Source: Sulfurimonadaceae bacterium
GTDB lineage: Bacteria; Campylobacterota; Campylobacteria; Campylobacterales; Sulfurimonadaceae
Assembly: GCA_041562555.1 (NCBI GenBank)
Contig: JBFEXS010000003.1
Coordinates: 1 to 48,975, forward strand
Direction of reading: 5' to 3'
DNA: 48,975 bases
Every line of letters begins with the position of its first letter. The first letter of the stretch is position 1. The notes below the pieces were generated by a model. It was not told where the DNA came from and ran no database searches. It saw only the letters and a program-made list of their open reading frames with translations. The translations under genes and the position numbers were made by a program. Of this stretch, positions 1 through 10,564 are shown one piece after another.

Positions 1-13
1 TCGAAATATTCAT
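1..13 (-). CDS. napD: NapD chaperone, first codons only (runs off the window edge)
   Basis: The minus strand reads AAGGAG (RBS), then ATG AAT ATT TCG (MNIS), the typical NapD N-terminus. It follows napL, as in the epsilonproteobacterial napAGHBFLD order. Confidence 0.7.
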
Positions 14-71
14 ATGATTCTCCTTATCTTCACTAGATGTCTGGTTTATTATACGCTGTTTATTTTTTATA

Positions 72-1019
72 TCACTTGACCTGGAACAAGTTGATCTCTC
101 TGGAGTCACTCGCCACCAAGATCTCCTTTTCATTTAAAAAATGTATCTGGGTGATCAACATCTTACTGCCTTCAAGGTCTGCAATACTCCGTCTACTTAG
201 AGTATCGAACACCCTGACATGGTTATCTTCATCCGAGGCGTATGCCCCCAATGCCCCGCTTGGAGACAAACCTGCACTATAGACCAAAAAAGAAGATGCT
301 ATATAATAAGCATCTCCTTCTGGCATTCGATAGACAACAACCCGTCTGTCCTGTCCTGCAGTGATGATCCTATTGTTTTTGTAATCGACCTGAAACACGT
401 TGTCAAGGTTCTGTCCGCTCAAAGTCTTAAGCAAAACGCCCCTCCTGCTGTCATATACCTTCAAATCACCACTTTCATCTGCAAGAACGATCTCATCTTT
501 TGACTCATTCAATACAAAGTCGGAAAACTTTGAAAGTGAAGCCTGTACCTGCCAATTGACACTGTGCCTTTTGATATCAAATGAGACAAGTTCATTACTT
601 AGCAATCCCAAGATCAATGTGTTCTTATCCAGATACTCAGCTTTGGCGATATAAAGTTCATCCCTTTCAGAGATCAGTTCGACAAGTTTCATGTTCTCAT
701 ATACATGTACCCTCCTGAATCCCTTTTCAGCCTGTGAGAGGATAAGTAGACGCCCATCCAATCTATCGATTGAATAGACCTTGGCACTGACCTCATCTCC
801 CATAAAGTCTTTGATCTTATCCACTTTGATCTGTTGTAAACGCTTCGTACTTTCAAGGTCAAACACATCGACACTACCCGTGCTTGTCGCACAATAAAGC
901 CTATTCTCATCCACCAATATATCAACGACACCTCCGCTGGCCATATAGGTGGAGAGTGGCTTCTCATAGGCGAAAAGCTGTATTGAACATATCAATAGTA
1001 GCAAAACAAGACGCATCAT
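72..1019 (-). CDS. napL: NapL, periplasmic WD40/beta-propeller nitrate reductase accessory protein
   Basis: Signal peptide (MMRLVLLLLICSIQLFA) and WD40-like repeats (TAGQDRRVVVY, LSPSG). Lies between napF and napD. ATG at 1019 overlaps the napF TGA (ATGA), so the ORF-track start at 1082 is too long. Confidence 0.85.
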   Translation of the reverse strand: MMRLVLLLLICSIQLFAYEKPLSTYMASGGVVDILVDENRLYCATSTGSVDVFDLESTKRLQQIKVDKIKDFMGDEVSAKVYSIDRLDGRLLILSQAEKGFRRVHVYENMKLVELISERDELYIAKAEYLDKNTLILGLLSNELVSFDIKRHSVNWQVQASLSKFSDFVLNESKDEIVLADESGDLKVYDSRRGVLLKTLSGQNLDNVFQVDYKNNRIITAGQDRRVVVYRMPEGDAYYIASSFLVYSAGLSPSGALGAYASDEDNHVRVFDTLSRRSIADLEGSKMLITQIHFLNEKEILVASDSREINLFQVK

Positions 1020-1507
1020 ATAGCCTTTAACTCGATTGCAAAACTGGGACATCTGCTGATACAGAATCCACATGCAGTACATTTAGACAGATCTATCACC
1101 GGTTTAAAAAGCCCTTGAAATACGATCGCATTTTCCAGACAAGGCTCTTTACAAGAAAAACACATCGTATCATTCCAGGCGAGACAGGAGGATACTGATA
1201 TATTCAATGCTGCCCCTATCTGTTTGGGATACTCCAAAGACAAGACCTCGCTTTCACAAGCATGGGCACACGCCTCGCAAAAGGTACAGCCATTGGAAGA
1301 GAAATCCAGGTAGGGTGTATTATCCTCAGCTATCTTGATCACCTCTTCTTCACAGGCAGTAGCGCATAGACCTTCGCAGTCAGGACACGCTTGCCGGAAA
1401 AGAGATGCCTCTTGATTATAAGGAGGTCGTATAAAGTTCTCTAAGTTCGGCTTTGTCCCGTGAGACAAGACCGACCCCAGAGAAGAAAAGAAATCTCTTC
1501 TTTGCAT
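1016..1507 (-). CDS. napF: Ferredoxin-type protein NapF
   Basis: RRDFF N-terminus, IRPPY motif, several CxxCxxCxxxC Fe-S motifs; nap operon position. Confidence 0.92.
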   Translation of the reverse strand: MQRRDFFSSLGSVLSHGTKPNLENFIRPPYNQEASLFRQACPDCEGLCATACEEEVIKIAEDNTPYLDFSSNGCTFCEACAHACESEVLSLEYPKQIGAALNISVSSCLAWNDTMCFSCKEPCLENAIVFQGLFKPVIDLSKCTACGFCISRCPSFAIELKAI

Positions 1508-1510
1508 GAT

Positions 1511-2221
1511 CTAGTGCGTGTTCTCCTCAAGATGTCCCGCAGCAGAATCCGAGTTGTCCAGATCTTTCGGTGTGATTCGTGAATCTTCACCCACCGTATC
1601 CAGATCATCAAGGACTACCTCATCCCATGATGATTTGAACTCCCCTCCTTCTTTCGTATAGTTTGCCTCAAACAGATTCTCTACCGAAGGGTTCCCCTGT
1701 GATTGCGGAGCATGACACTGTGAACAATTATAACGTGCCTGAGAAAGGTGTGTTAAACGTTTGACATCAGTCTCGTTCTTCGTATTATCAACACGTTTTT
1801 TAAACTTTACCCCATCACAGATATGACGGGGACGCATATCCAGAAAGTGTGAAGGGGGGATCGGTGTTGCGCCCATAGCCGGTGCTATATCAGGGGCGTG
1901 ACACCCCGTACAGGCATTATTCGTCCGTGTAATCGGAAGAAAGTCGCTGACATCATGGGGAATCATCGGCGGTGCGTCCTGATAGGCACGTTTGATCTTC
2001 GTACTTGTTCCCGGCTGGGCACCTCTGTATTCTGTCTTTTCCGGAGCGATCTCAGACTCATCGTTAATGTCTGTTTTACGTAGACCTAAAGACTCCTCTG
2101 AAACCATTGCGACCGGTTTCACTTCCGAAACTTCACTTACCGGAGTTGCCTCATCGCCACACCCTGTCATCAGTAGTGTTGCGCCCATCAATCCCAGTGT
2201 CATCATAACTGCCATTTTCAT
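1511..2221 (-). CDS. napB: Diheme cytochrome c subunit NapB
   Basis: Two CxxCH motifs (CTGCH, CSQCH), APPMIPH, PPSHF and RYNCSQCHAPQ; lipobox-like LMTGC. Confidence 0.93.
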   Translation of the reverse strand: MKMAVMMTLGLMGATLLMTGCGDEATPVSEVSEVKPVAMVSEESLGLRKTDINDESEIAPEKTEYRGAQPGTSTKIKRAYQDAPPMIPHDVSDFLPITRTNNACTGCHAPDIAPAMGATPIPPSHFLDMRPRHICDGVKFKKRVDNTKNETDVKRLTHLSQARYNCSQCHAPQSQGNPSVENLFEANYTKEGGEFKSSWDEVVLDDLDTVGEDSRITPKDLDNSDSAAGHLEENTH

Positions 2222-2288
2222 TATTAACTCCTAATATAAAATTCTCATTGATCCTGAAGAACCAAAACCTGTTCATCCCAAACCCAGG

Positions 2289-3104
2289 CTATTGCACAAT
2301 ATCCCGCTTAGGCTCTCTCTCAATATAATCACGTATCGAGAATTGAAGTGCATTATCATTACACACTTCTATACAGCGTGCACAATTACTGCACGCACCC
2401 ATTTTCACTGTTTCCGAAGCGTTTCCGACCATAAACAAGACCTCTTTCTCGGGGCAGACCTTCTTGCATTCCATACACTCCGTACATCTATCCAGATCAT
2501 ATTTCACACGCAAAAAAGAAAATCTTCCGATCAGCGAATAAAATCCGCCCAATGGGCAGATATATCCACACCAAGCATTTTCATGTACCAGTAGATCAAA
2601 GAAAAAGATGATCACCACCGCCGAAAAGCCAAATCCCATGCCAAACACTATACCCCTATGCAAAATAGAGATAGGACTCACTGATTCAAAGGCAGTCAAT
2701 CCCATAACAAAAGAGAGGAATAAGGAGAGACCTAACACCCAAAAACGGATATTTCTACTCATATATACACGCTTTTGCACCTCATGTATCCCCAGTTTTC
2801 TACGCAAAAAATTTGCTGCATCCGTTACCATGTTCATCGGACAGACCCAGGAACAGAACATCCGGCCACCGATCAACATATAAAACAGTGTGATAATCAG
2901 TGCGCCTATCAAGATATCCATACTGATCACCGAACCGGCGACAAACATCTGCAGTACGGCGAAAGGATCACTCAAAGGGACTGTTTCTAAAAACATGGAT
3001 GAGGAAAGATTCCCTTCCAATATTTTCAAACCCCAAAGATGGGCAGCAAGATAGAGCCCTAAAATGCCAACCTGAGAAGTTCTGCGCGCGATTAAATATC
3101 TCAT
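2289..3104 (-). CDS. napH: Quinol dehydrogenase membrane subunit NapH
   Basis: Multiple TM helices, CSWVCP and CGYICP motifs, two C-terminal 4Fe-4S motifs. Confidence 0.95.
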   Translation of the reverse strand: MRYLIARRTSQVGILGLYLAAHLWGLKILEGNLSSSMFLETVPLSDPFAVLQMFVAGSVISMDILIGALIITLFYMLIGGRMFCSWVCPMNMVTDAANFLRRKLGIHEVQKRVYMSRNIRFWVLGLSLFLSFVMGLTAFESVSPISILHRGIVFGMGFGFSAVVIIFFFDLLVHENAWCGYICPLGGFYSLIGRFSFLRVKYDLDRCTECMECKKVCPEKEVLFMVGNASETVKMGACSNCARCIEVCNDNALQFSIRDYIEREPKRDIVQ

Positions 3105-3892
3105 TCAAACAGTCCTTCATCATCGTTTAGACTCTCCAGAGCGCTGCGTTCACTTATCTCTGTTCGCGTTGCTCCGCCCTGCGCGTTCTTAACGCGCAGT
3201 TGATCTTCCTTATCCCAGCCCTTGACATAATGGTCTCCGGCACGCCCGAGACCGACTTCCAGAGGCAATACAAAGATAGATGCCTTATCTGTGATACAGG
3301 CATGCTCACACATACCGCATCCCGTACATTTATCTTGGACTACGACCGGTTTTAAAAAAGCGTGCTTACCCGTACGCTCATTTTTCGAATATTCCAGAAC
3401 TATGGCCTCGTCCAATAAAGGACATGCCCGATAACAGGCGTCACACTGTATCCCCCAAAAGGCGATACAGGCATAAGGGTCAACGACCGCCACACCCATA
3501 CGGGCACTGCTGATATCAAGCTGTCCTGACTTACTAAGCGAAGCCTCATCCAAAGCGCCTGTAGGACAAACCGGAACGCAAGGAATATCCTCACACATAT
3601 AACAAGGTATCTCTCGGGCATTAAAATACGGCGTACCCAGAGGCTTTTGATCCCCCAGTTCTGCCAGCATCAAAGTGTCGTATGGACATGCCGATACACA
3701 CAGCCCGCATTTGATACATGTTTTTAAGAACTCTTCCTCATCCAAAGCTCCGGGAGGGCGTAGAAGTAATGACCCGTGAACCGATTCTTCAAGTACGGAA
3801 CTCCACACAAGGGCACCGATACCGGCAAGACCTATTGCACGGGCCATACCCAGGATGAATCTTCGACGATCACTCATATTACTTCTATGCAT
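3101..3892 (-). CDS. napG: Quinol dehydrogenase periplasmic Fe-S subunit NapG (alternative start 3877)
   Basis: Tat-like RRRF, LRPPGA, four Fe-S cluster motifs, GDHYVKGW. Confidence 0.95.
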   Translation of the reverse strand: MHRSNMSDRRRFILGMARAIGLAGIGALVWSSVLEESVHGSLLLRPPGALDEEEFLKTCIKCGLCVSACPYDTLMLAELGDQKPLGTPYFNAREIPCYMCEDIPCVPVCPTGALDEASLSKSGQLDISSARMGVAVVDPYACIAFWGIQCDACYRACPLLDEAIVLEYSKNERTGKHAFLKPVVVQDKCTGCGMCEHACITDKASIFVLPLEVGLGRAGDHYVKGWDKEDQLRVKNAQGGATRTEISERSALESLNDDEGLFE

Positions 3893-3903
3893 GACTCACT
3901 TCT

Positions 3904-6732
3904 TTATGCACTGTATATTTTTACTGCACACTTCTTAAAGTCGGTCTGTTTTGACATCGGACATGTCGCATCCAGACAGACCTTATTGATAAAGACCTTC
4001 TCATCAAACCACGGTACAAATACCAATCCTCGTGCCGGTCGATTACGGCCCCGTGTCTCAACACGTGCTTTGACACGGCCTCGTCTGGATTCTACCCAGC
4101 ATAAACCGCCCTGTTTCAGACCTTTATCCTTTGCATCCTGAGGGTGCATATAACATAAGGCTTCAGGCACAGCTCTAAACAATTCCGGTACACGCATCGT
4201 CATTGTCCCTGAATGCCAGTGCTCAAGCACACGACCCGTTGCAAGCCAAATATCATACTCTTTATCCGGAAGTTCCGGCGCATCCATATATGGCCGTGCA
4301 AAAATCTTCGCTTTATTCGTCAGAGGTTTTTTCTGTGAATCAGTATCTTTACCCTCTAAGGTACCCGATTGCAGCGCTTTTGCGAGAGTTCCATAGAAAG
4401 CGAATGGATTTCCGCTCTCCATCGTCTGTTTCGCGGCATACGGGTCATACTTCGCATTAAAGCGCCATTGTGTCTCTTTTCCATCGACAACAGGCCATTT
4501 CAATCCGCGTACTTTATGATAAGCATCAAACGGTGCCAGATCATGACCATGACCGCGTCCAAAGGCAGCATACTCTTCAAAAAGATATTTATTGACGTGA
4601 TAGCCGTATCCTTTAAAGACCTTACCGTCTTCGCCGCGTACATTACGGCTGTCACCGTATCCATCCGTATTGTCGTACCCTTGTTGAATCGGATCGTTCT
4701 GATCAAGTTTATACGAGCGGGCATCCTCATTATTGAACAAGATATCGAACATCGTCGTATTTCCCGAATACCCCATCTTTTTAGCTTCCGCGCGCACATC
4801 AGGAAGCGGATCCTTTCGTGGTCCGGAAGGAGCATACGCCCCCCATAGGTCATCTACGGTAAAACGCTTGGAGAACTCATACCATTGCCAGATATCACTC
4901 ATCGCCTCACCTACCGGAAGAACCTGTTGTCTCCAATGCTGTGTACGACGTTCCGCATTACCGTACGCACCCCATTTCTCATAGATCATTGCCGATGGAA
5001 GGATAAGATCCGAGACTTTTGCTGAGATCCCCGGATACCCGTCGGATGTAACAATAAAGTTATCCATCTGGCGAGCAGCCTTGATCCAGTGCGTAGCCGA
5101 GGCAGAGTCTTGGTATGGATTACACACATTGACCCAGGCAAATTTGACCAAACCGTCTTCAATATCACGATGGATCTGCATAATATGCTGTTTGCCCACA
5201 CCATTCAGCGTCCCCGCCGGTATTTTCCATTTTTTTTCAGCGATAGCTCTGTGTTTCGGGTTTTTAACCATCATATCCGCCGGTAGACGGTGGGTAAATG
5301 TCCCGACTTCACGTGCGGTACCACAGGCGGAAGGCTGACCCGTAAGCGAGAATGCTCCCGATCCCGGACGCGCCTGTTTGTCTAATAGGAAGTGAACATT
5401 ATACGCCAACGTGTTATCCCATGTACCACGGGTATGCTGATTCATACCCATCGTCCAGAATGAAACGACTTTTCGCCCTTTTTCGATATAAAGTGCCGCC
5501 AAGGCTTTCAATTTTTTCTTAAATGCTTTTAGGTCCTCATCGGGATCGCCTTTACACAGTTTTGCCGTATAATCAAGGGTATATGGTTCCAATGAACGCT
5601 TATACTCTTCAAAGGAGATCTCCCAGTGACCTAAGGTTCCCCCTTTGTTTTCCATCGTATCACCCGCTTCATATCCAAATGGTTCCAAAGCTGGACCCTC
5701 TGCATCAGAGACTTGTTTACTGGTCTCCTTGGAGATTGTCTCCATCTCAAGTTCTGTGTATTTGCCCTCTTGAATGGCTTTGTCACTTGGCTTTCTCATT
5801 CCATAACCAAGATTTACAGGACCGGTCGCAAAGATGATGTGCTTACGAATAAACTCCCACTCTATTGATTCCGGATGATTATATACGATCTCTCGTGCAA
5901 TAAAATTCCATAATGCAGTATCCGTATTTGGCGTAAAAATGATCTCAATATCTGCCAGGTCCGAAGTACGATGCGTATAGGTCTGAATCGAAACCACTTT
6001 TACTCTGTCCGGATCTGACAACTTCCTATCCGTTACCCGAGACCAGAGGATCGGGTGCATCTCTGCCATGTTCGATCCCCAGGCTACGACTGTGTCAGTA
6101 AGCTCAATATCGTCATAGCATCCCGATGGTTCATCAATACCGAAGGTCTGATAGAACCCTACAACCGCCGATGCCATACAGTGTCGGGCATTGGGATCGA
6201 TCGCATTGGAACGGAAGCCTGCCTTCATCATCTTCTGTGCCGCATACCCTTCCATGATGGTATACTGTCCCGAAGCGAACACGGCAACAGACTCAGGTCC
6301 GCCATGTTTCAATGCTTTTTTTGCATGTATCTCCATCTCGTCAAAAGCCCGTTTCCATGATACGGGGGCAAACTTGCCATTCTTGTCAAACTTGCCATTC
6401 TTGTCTACCCGTAAAAGCGGTTGCTTAAGACGATCTGCACCATACATGATCTTGGCGTTGAAATATCCCTTGATACAGTTCAGCCCGCGGTTGACGGGAG
6501 CTGCCGGGTCACCCTTGACTGCCACGATCTTTCTGTCTATACCTTCGCCTTTAGTCGCCATCATAATTCCGCATCCCGTTCCACAAAAACGGCAAGCTGC
6601 CTTATCCCAGCGCCAATCACTTTCTGCTGCTTTTTGATTCGCTTCCAAATCAGCAGGAATGCTCATCCCTATTGCACTTGCCGCTGAAGCGGCTGCTGCA
6701 CTCTTTAAAAACGCTCTCCTGTCAAGTGACAT
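3904..6732 (-). CDS. napA: Periplasmic nitrate reductase catalytic subunit NapA (Mo-bisPGD, 4Fe-4S)
   Basis: Tat signal (DRRAFLK), CRFCGTGC...NC Fe-S motif, NARHCMAS Mo ligand, [15 protein letters not shown]-terminal TDFKKCAVK. Confidence 0.98.
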   Translation of the reverse strand: MSLDRRAFLKSAAAASAASAIGMSIPADLEANQKAAESDWRWDKAACRFCGTGCGIMMATKGEGIDRKIVAVKGDPAAPVNRGLNCIKGYFNAKIMYGADRLKQPLLRVDKNGKFDKNGKFAPVSWKRAFDEMEIHAKKALKHGGPESVAVFASGQYTIMEGYAAQKMMKAGFRSNAIDPNARHCMASAVVGFYQTFGIDEPSGCYDDIELTDTVVAWGSNMAEMHPILWSRVTDRKLSDPDRVKVVSIQTYTHRTSDLADIEIIFTPNTDTALWNFIAREIVYNHPESIEWEFIRKHIIFATGPVNLGYGMRKPSDKAIQEGKYTELEMETISKETSKQVSDAEGPALEPFGYEAGDTMENKGGTLGHWEISFEEYKRSLEPYTLDYTAKLCKGDPDEDLKAFKKKLKALAALYIEKGRKVVSFWTMGMNQHTRGTWDNTLAYNVHFLLDKQARPGSGAFSLTGQPSACGTAREVGTFTHRLPADMMVKNPKHRAIAEKKWKIPAGTLNGVGKQHIMQIHRDIEDGLVKFAWVNVCNPYQDSASATHWIKAARQMDNFIVTSDGYPGISAKVSDLILPSAMIYEKWGAYGNAERRTQHWRQQVLPVGEAMSDIWQWYEFSKRFTVDDLWGAYAPSGPRKDPLPDVRAEAKKMGYSGNTTMFDILFNNEDARSYKLDQNDPIQQGYDNTDGYGDSRNVRGEDGKVFKGYGYHVNKYLFEEYAAFGRGHGHDLAPFDAYHKVRGLKWPVVDGKETQWRFNAKYDPYAAKQTMESGNPFAFYGTLAKALQSGTLEGKDTDSQKKPLTNKAKIFARPYMDAPELPDKEYDIWLATGRVLEHWHSGTMTMRVPELFRAVPEALCYMHPQDAKDKGLKQGGLCWVESRRGRVKARVETRGRNRPARGLVFVPWFDEKVFINKVCLDATCPMSKQTDFKKCAVKIYSA

Positions 6733-6830
6733 ATAAACCTCCCAGAGTCTGTATTAAATCCACACCCCTTCATCAAAAGAGGTATCTTTAAACTAACCTA
6801 AAATTTAAAATGCACATTTGCACTTAAACA

Positions 6831-6872
6831 ATACTACAACTTTTGAAAATGGAAGTCTTTGACTTAAGTCAA
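6831..6872 (-). promoter_or_regulatory. napA promoter: Fnr/Nss-type box TTGACTTAAGTCAA (6859-6872) and -10 TAGTAT (6836-6831)
   Basis: Perfect 14-bp palindrome of the TTGA-N6-TCAA type, centred 29.5 bp upstream of the 5' edge of the -10 hexamer (about -41.5, the class II position). Confidence 0.75.
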
Positions 6873-6935
6873 GAACTTTGAATATCATATTCAATAATAT
6901 TGAATAACAAACTTAACAAATATATTTATGTGGGA

Positions 6936-7823
6936 TTAAAAAGAGAAGTCGGCTGAGTCCTGCAGTTTGCTTTTGAGCTTTTTCAACACAATAGAGGTTT
7001 TATATAACTCTTCATTCGCTTCGATCACGATATCTTCACTTCTGTCCAGCTGCTCAACTGCTTCGGGGTTTTGTTTTGCGGACGCTAGCTGTATGGATGC
7101 TTTTTCACTCTGTTTTACAGCTTTGGAAGCAGAGTCGATCGCTGCTTCCACATCATCCAAAAAATATTGGATATGGGCACATGCCAATTCCAGTTCACTC
7201 CCTCTATACTCTGATTCACGCCCACTGATGTCACTTGAATGTTTTAGGAACTTGTTGAGCTGTTTATGAATGCCCAGGGAGACTGCACCCATATAGATAA
7301 TGACCATCAGAGCGAATGCTCCCAAAAGGATCTGTATATGATTGATAAAGTCCCGCTGCTGTGTTGCTTGTGCCTCGTAGGCCATAACCGTTTGATCCAT
7401 AAGTTCCAATGTCTGGTTCCCGGCTTGATAGATCTCTTTCAATCGTAATGAAGAGACTTGATGCAGATCCAAAAACATCAAAGACTCAAAACGCTGCCAG
7501 CTCTTTGTGACCTCTTTCAGAAGCCTATCGATCTCCCTGCTCTTATCGAGCGCCAGATCTCCCTTGTCCAGACGCTGCAAATTCTCTTCAAATCTCTTTT
7601 GCGTCAGTAAGAGGACTTCATTTGCGGCTTGTTCACCTAAGGTAATACGATGAAACTCTGTGATCATCTTTTGTAAAAGCATTCTCTGTTTTCCGGCTGT
7701 GTTGATAATCTTTGCATCTGTTTTCTCATCCTGAACAAGATAATAGGTAACAAAGATATTAAACAACATCGTCAGTGACAGAACCATCGTGATCAGTTTT
7801 ACCTTCGTGGCAATGGATATCAT
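6936..7823 (-). CDS. Membrane nitrate/nitrite sensor with a NarX/PilJ-type periplasmic domain and a short coiled-coil tail; no kinase or MCP domain
   Basis: TM1, then P-box-like DAKIINTAGKQRMLLQKM, helical periplasmic domain, TM2 and a ~110-aa helical tail; AGGAG RBS. Confidence 0.75.
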   Translation of the reverse strand: MISIATKVKLITMVLSLTMLFNIFVTYYLVQDEKTDAKIINTAGKQRMLLQKMITEFHRITLGEQAANEVLLLTQKRFEENLQRLDKGDLALDKSREIDRLLKEVTKSWQRFESLMFLDLHQVSSLRLKEIYQAGNQTLELMDQTVMAYEAQATQQRDFINHIQILLGAFALMVIIYMGAVSLGIHKQLNKFLKHSSDISGRESEYRGSELELACAHIQYFLDDVEAAIDSASKAVKQSEKASIQLASAKQNPEAVEQLDRSEDIVIEANEELYKTSIVLKKLKSKLQDSADFSF

Positions 7824-7832
7824 CTCTTCTCC

Positions 7833-8483
7833 TTAGGTATGAAAGAGTGTATAGAGCTCATGGGGAGACTGAACTTCTATCTTATGGTCTTTTTCAAGAA
7901 TAATCTCTTTACGGATCAGCTTGGCTAGAATCCGTGAAAGTGTCGCAGGCTGGATATTCAAACGATACGCTATCTCCTGCTTTTGTAATCGGTTGAAAAG
8001 CTCACAATGATTATAGAGCATATTCGCTACTTTCGCCGTACCGTCATAAACCATGCCCATATTGACCATACAATCCATCAATTGTTTTTGGGAGGCCAAT
8101 GCATTTACCAGGTTTTGCAAGAGTCTATTTTCAGATTTGACGAGCATCTTAAATACCTTCATATCAAAAGAGATCACCTCGGACTGCTCTAAAAATTCTA
8201 TATTGGAGAAACAGGAGATATGATCATCCTCCAAACTCCCGATATTGGTCAATAGTGCATGCCTGCCCAAGGTATACAAAAAAATCTCATTATCATACCT
8301 ATCCACCTTATAGAGTTTCACCTCCCCTTTCAGAAGAAAATAGACCCGTCCCACATCATCTTCCTCATAGGACATGATCTCTCCGGCCTCATATACCTTA
8401 CGACGTGTCATAGATAAAAGGGGTTCTAAGCGGCTTTCCTCTATCTGGGAAAAAAAATCCAAGCTTTTAATTGTCTGCAACAT
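7833..8483 (-). CDS. Crp/Fnr family transcriptional regulator, NssR/Dnr-like
   Basis: cNMP-binding beta-roll (VYFLLKGEVKLYK) and HTH (QEIAYRLNIQPATLSRIL); no FNR N-terminal Cys cluster. ATG 8483 lies 6 nt after TATAAT. Confidence 0.88.
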   Translation of the reverse strand: MLQTIKSLDFFSQIEESRLEPLLSMTRRKVYEAGEIMSYEEDDVGRVYFLLKGEVKLYKVDRYDNEIFLYTLGRHALLTNIGSLEDDHISCFSNIEFLEQSEVISFDMKVFKMLVKSENRLLQNLVNALASQKQLMDCMVNMGMVYDGTAKVANMLYNHCELFNRLQKQEIAYRLNIQPATLSRILAKLIRKEIILEKDHKIEVQSPHELYTLFHT

Positions 8484-8679
8484 ACTGTCATTATAGGTCA
8501 ACTACTATAAATCAATCGTTAAGCTTCATCCCTGATATATACGATTTAATTCTTTATATATCTTTGATAACAAGAGAGAAACCGATTTAGTATCAATAGA
8601 GAATGGACAACAACGGATATGTACAATATCAGATTGTATGGAACAGTAGAAAGTTTAATTGAAAACAGAGTAGATAAGA

Positions 8680-8732
8680 AGATAAAGCTTCCGAGTTTTC
8701 GGAAGCCTTGATACAAAGAACCGAAGCGGTTC
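8680..8732 (-). terminator. Intrinsic terminator(s) downstream of rplS
   Basis: Hairpins GAACCG/CGGTTC (8718-8732) and GCTTCCGA/TCGGAAGC (8687-8706), each followed by T-rich sequence on the minus strand. Confidence 0.65.
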
Positions 8733-9089
8733 TTAGCGACGGATCTCTTTGATACGCGCTTTTTTACCTGTAAGGTCACGTAGATAGTAAAGTTTCGCAC
8801 GACGAACACGACCGCGACGGATAACTTTGATCTCGTTGATACTATCTGAGTAGATAGGGAAGATACGCTCAATACCGATTGAGTTCGCACCGATTTTACG
8901 TACAGTGATTGTTTTACCAGTACCTGTACCGCTTATTGCAATACAAACACCCTCATAATTTTGAACACGAGTCTTCTCACCTTCTTTAATTGTTACAGCA
9001 AGACGTACAGTGTCACCAGCGCGGAAATCTGGAACGTTTTTCTCAGAAATTTGCGCGTTTTCGAAGTTTTCGATGTACTTATTTCTCAT
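8733..9089 (-). CDS. rplS: 50S ribosomal protein L19
   Basis: [29 protein letters not shown]. Confidence 0.98.
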   Translation of the reverse strand: MRNKYIENFENAQISEKNVPDFRAGDTVRLAVTIKEGEKTRVQNYEGVCIAISGTGTGKTITVRKIGANSIGIERIFPIYSDSINEIKVIRRGRVRRAKLYYLRDLTGKKARIKEIRR

Positions 9090-9777
9090 AATTTTTCCTT
9101 CTTTTGTGCTTTATCAGCTCATTTGGTCGAAAATATTTCGTCTTACACTCAGACAGAGCGAGTTTCAGTGCCGTTATTTTAGCATGATTCCCATTCACAT
9201 ACTCTGATGGTACTTCCATATTTTCGTATTTAGGCGGTTTCGCAAAGGCAGGTGCTTCAAGAAGAAAGCCTTCAAAGCTCTCTTCTTCCAGAGACTCCTG
9301 ATTTCCAAGAACCCCTTCTACATTTCTGCTAATCGCATCTGCCATCACCAATGATGGCAGTTCTCCACCGGTCAATATATAATCACCGATAGAAAACACT
9401 TCATCGGCGAATGTCTCGATCACACGTTCATCAATACCCTCATAACGGCCGCTCACAAAAGCAACATGCTTCTTTGAAGCCAAACGTTTGGCATCCTTTT
9501 GATTAAAAGGTTTGCCAACCGGCGTTGCGAAGATGATATGTACATCTTCTTTTCTGAGCTCGTTAAGGGTATCAAACAAAGGCTGAGGCGTCATTACCAT
9601 ACCGGCACCACCACCTACAGCTGCGTCATCGACCTTTTTCCATTTATCCGCGCTCCTATCCCTTGGATTGACATAGTCAATTTCCAAAAGACCTTTCTCA
9701 ATCGCGCGAGAAAGAATGGAATCTTCAAAGTAACCCGATATCAAACCAGGAAACAATGTTATAAAACTAAACTTCAT
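9079..9777 (-). CDS. trmD: tRNA (guanine-N1)-methyltransferase TrmD
   Basis: [28 protein letters not shown]. Confidence 0.98.
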   Translation of the reverse strand: MKFSFITLFPGLISGYFEDSILSRAIEKGLLEIDYVNPRDRSADKWKKVDDAAVGGGAGMVMTPQPLFDTLNELRKEDVHIIFATPVGKPFNQKDAKRLASKKHVAFVSGRYEGIDERVIETFADEVFSIGDYILTGGELPSLVMADAISRNVEGVLGNQESLEEESFEGFLLEAPAFAKPPKYENMEVPSEYVNGNHAKITALKLALSECKTKYFRPNELIKHKRRKNYEK

Positions 9778-10313
9778 CAGCTCGCTTCGAGGATATCAAA
9801 TCCTCCCTGCACCCTAATGATCTTAGCCTGCGTATCTACTTCTAAGACGAAGTTATCCAGATACGGGATTAAAAATGAGTTTGGCATCTTCTTTGAGACC
9901 AGATTCTTGTCAGTATCCAGCTTAAGATAATCCGTAGCACCTAAACGCTCTATTTCAGCCACCTTACCTAAACGTAAGTCTGCTTCGTAGACCTCGGCAC
10001 CTATAATATCGAACCAAAAGTACTGACCCTCTTCGAGTTCTATACTCTCTCGGGTCTGTTCTTCAGATACAAAAAGATCCAGATTAGTCAATCTTTTCGC
10101 GTCTTCCATCGTATTGATCCCCTTGAACTTGATCAGATCACGTTCAGGGTTATAAGCCTCAATGACAAGTTCACCGCGCTTTGTCGTAAAACTCAGCCCC
10201 GGGACAAACTGTTCAGGAAAGTCCGTCTTGAGATGGCATTTCATCTCACCGTGGACTCCTACAGTCTTCCCCAGTTTAGCGACTTGAAATCGTGTGGCTT
10301 GATCGTTTTTCAA
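9777..10313 (-). CDS. rimM: Ribosome maturation factor RimM
   Basis: [25 protein letters not shown]; lies between khpA and trmD; TTG start. Confidence 0.95.
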   Translation of the reverse strand: MKNDQATRFQVAKLGKTVGVHGEMKCHLKTDFPEQFVPGLSFTTKRGELVIEAYNPERDLIKFKGINTMEDAKRLTNLDLFVSEEQTRESIELEEGQYFWFDIIGAEVYEADLRLGKVAEIERLGATDYLKLDTDKNLVSKKMPNSFLIPYLDNFVLEVDTQAKIIRVQGGFDILEAS

Positions 10314-10322
10314 TGATAAAGC

Positions 10323-10562
10323 CTATGACTTTGGTTCAACATTAATTCGGTAACTTAGGCCGTCTTTAGCCTTGCAACCTGAAATAACTGTTTTAATCGC
10401 ACCGATCATCTTGCCTTCCTTACCGATAAGTTTACCTACATCAGCCTGGTTGGCATAGACAGTGATCTCTGCAAAATCATCACTCTGATTGACATCGATC
10501 TGAATGTCTTCAGGGTGAGAAACAATCATTCTCGCATAATCTGCGACAAACTCAGCAACCAC
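10323..10562 (-). CDS. khpA: KH-domain RNA-binding protein (KhpA/UPF0109)
   Basis: DVGKLIGKEGK (KH GxxG loop); conserved position between rpsP and rimM. Confidence 0.9.
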   Translation of the reverse strand: MVAEFVADYARMIVSHPEDIQIDVNQSDDFAEITVYANQADVGKLIGKEGKMIGAIKTVISGCKAKDGLSYRINVEPKS

Positions 10563-10564
10563 GA

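Noticed and set aside
6369..6405. Exact 18-bp tandem duplication in napA (DKNGKF x2)
   Set aside because: In frame, and a similar repeated K/D-x-G-x-aromatic motif is normal at this NapA position.
6762..6785. Hairpin in the napA 5' UTR considered as a Moco riboswitch
   Set aside because: It is a single short stem in a ~90-nt leader, and I see no multi-stem Moco RNA pattern.
8515..8545. ATCGTT...TATATACGAT upstream of the crp/fnr gene resembling a ModE box
   Set aside because: Only one imperfect half-site, and the spacing does not fit the N6 consensus.
8546..8890. 114-aa minus-strand ORF and purine-rich, weakly periodic tract downstream of rplS
   Set aside because: The ORF overlaps rplS out of frame and crosses its terminators; no clean repeat unit is definable.
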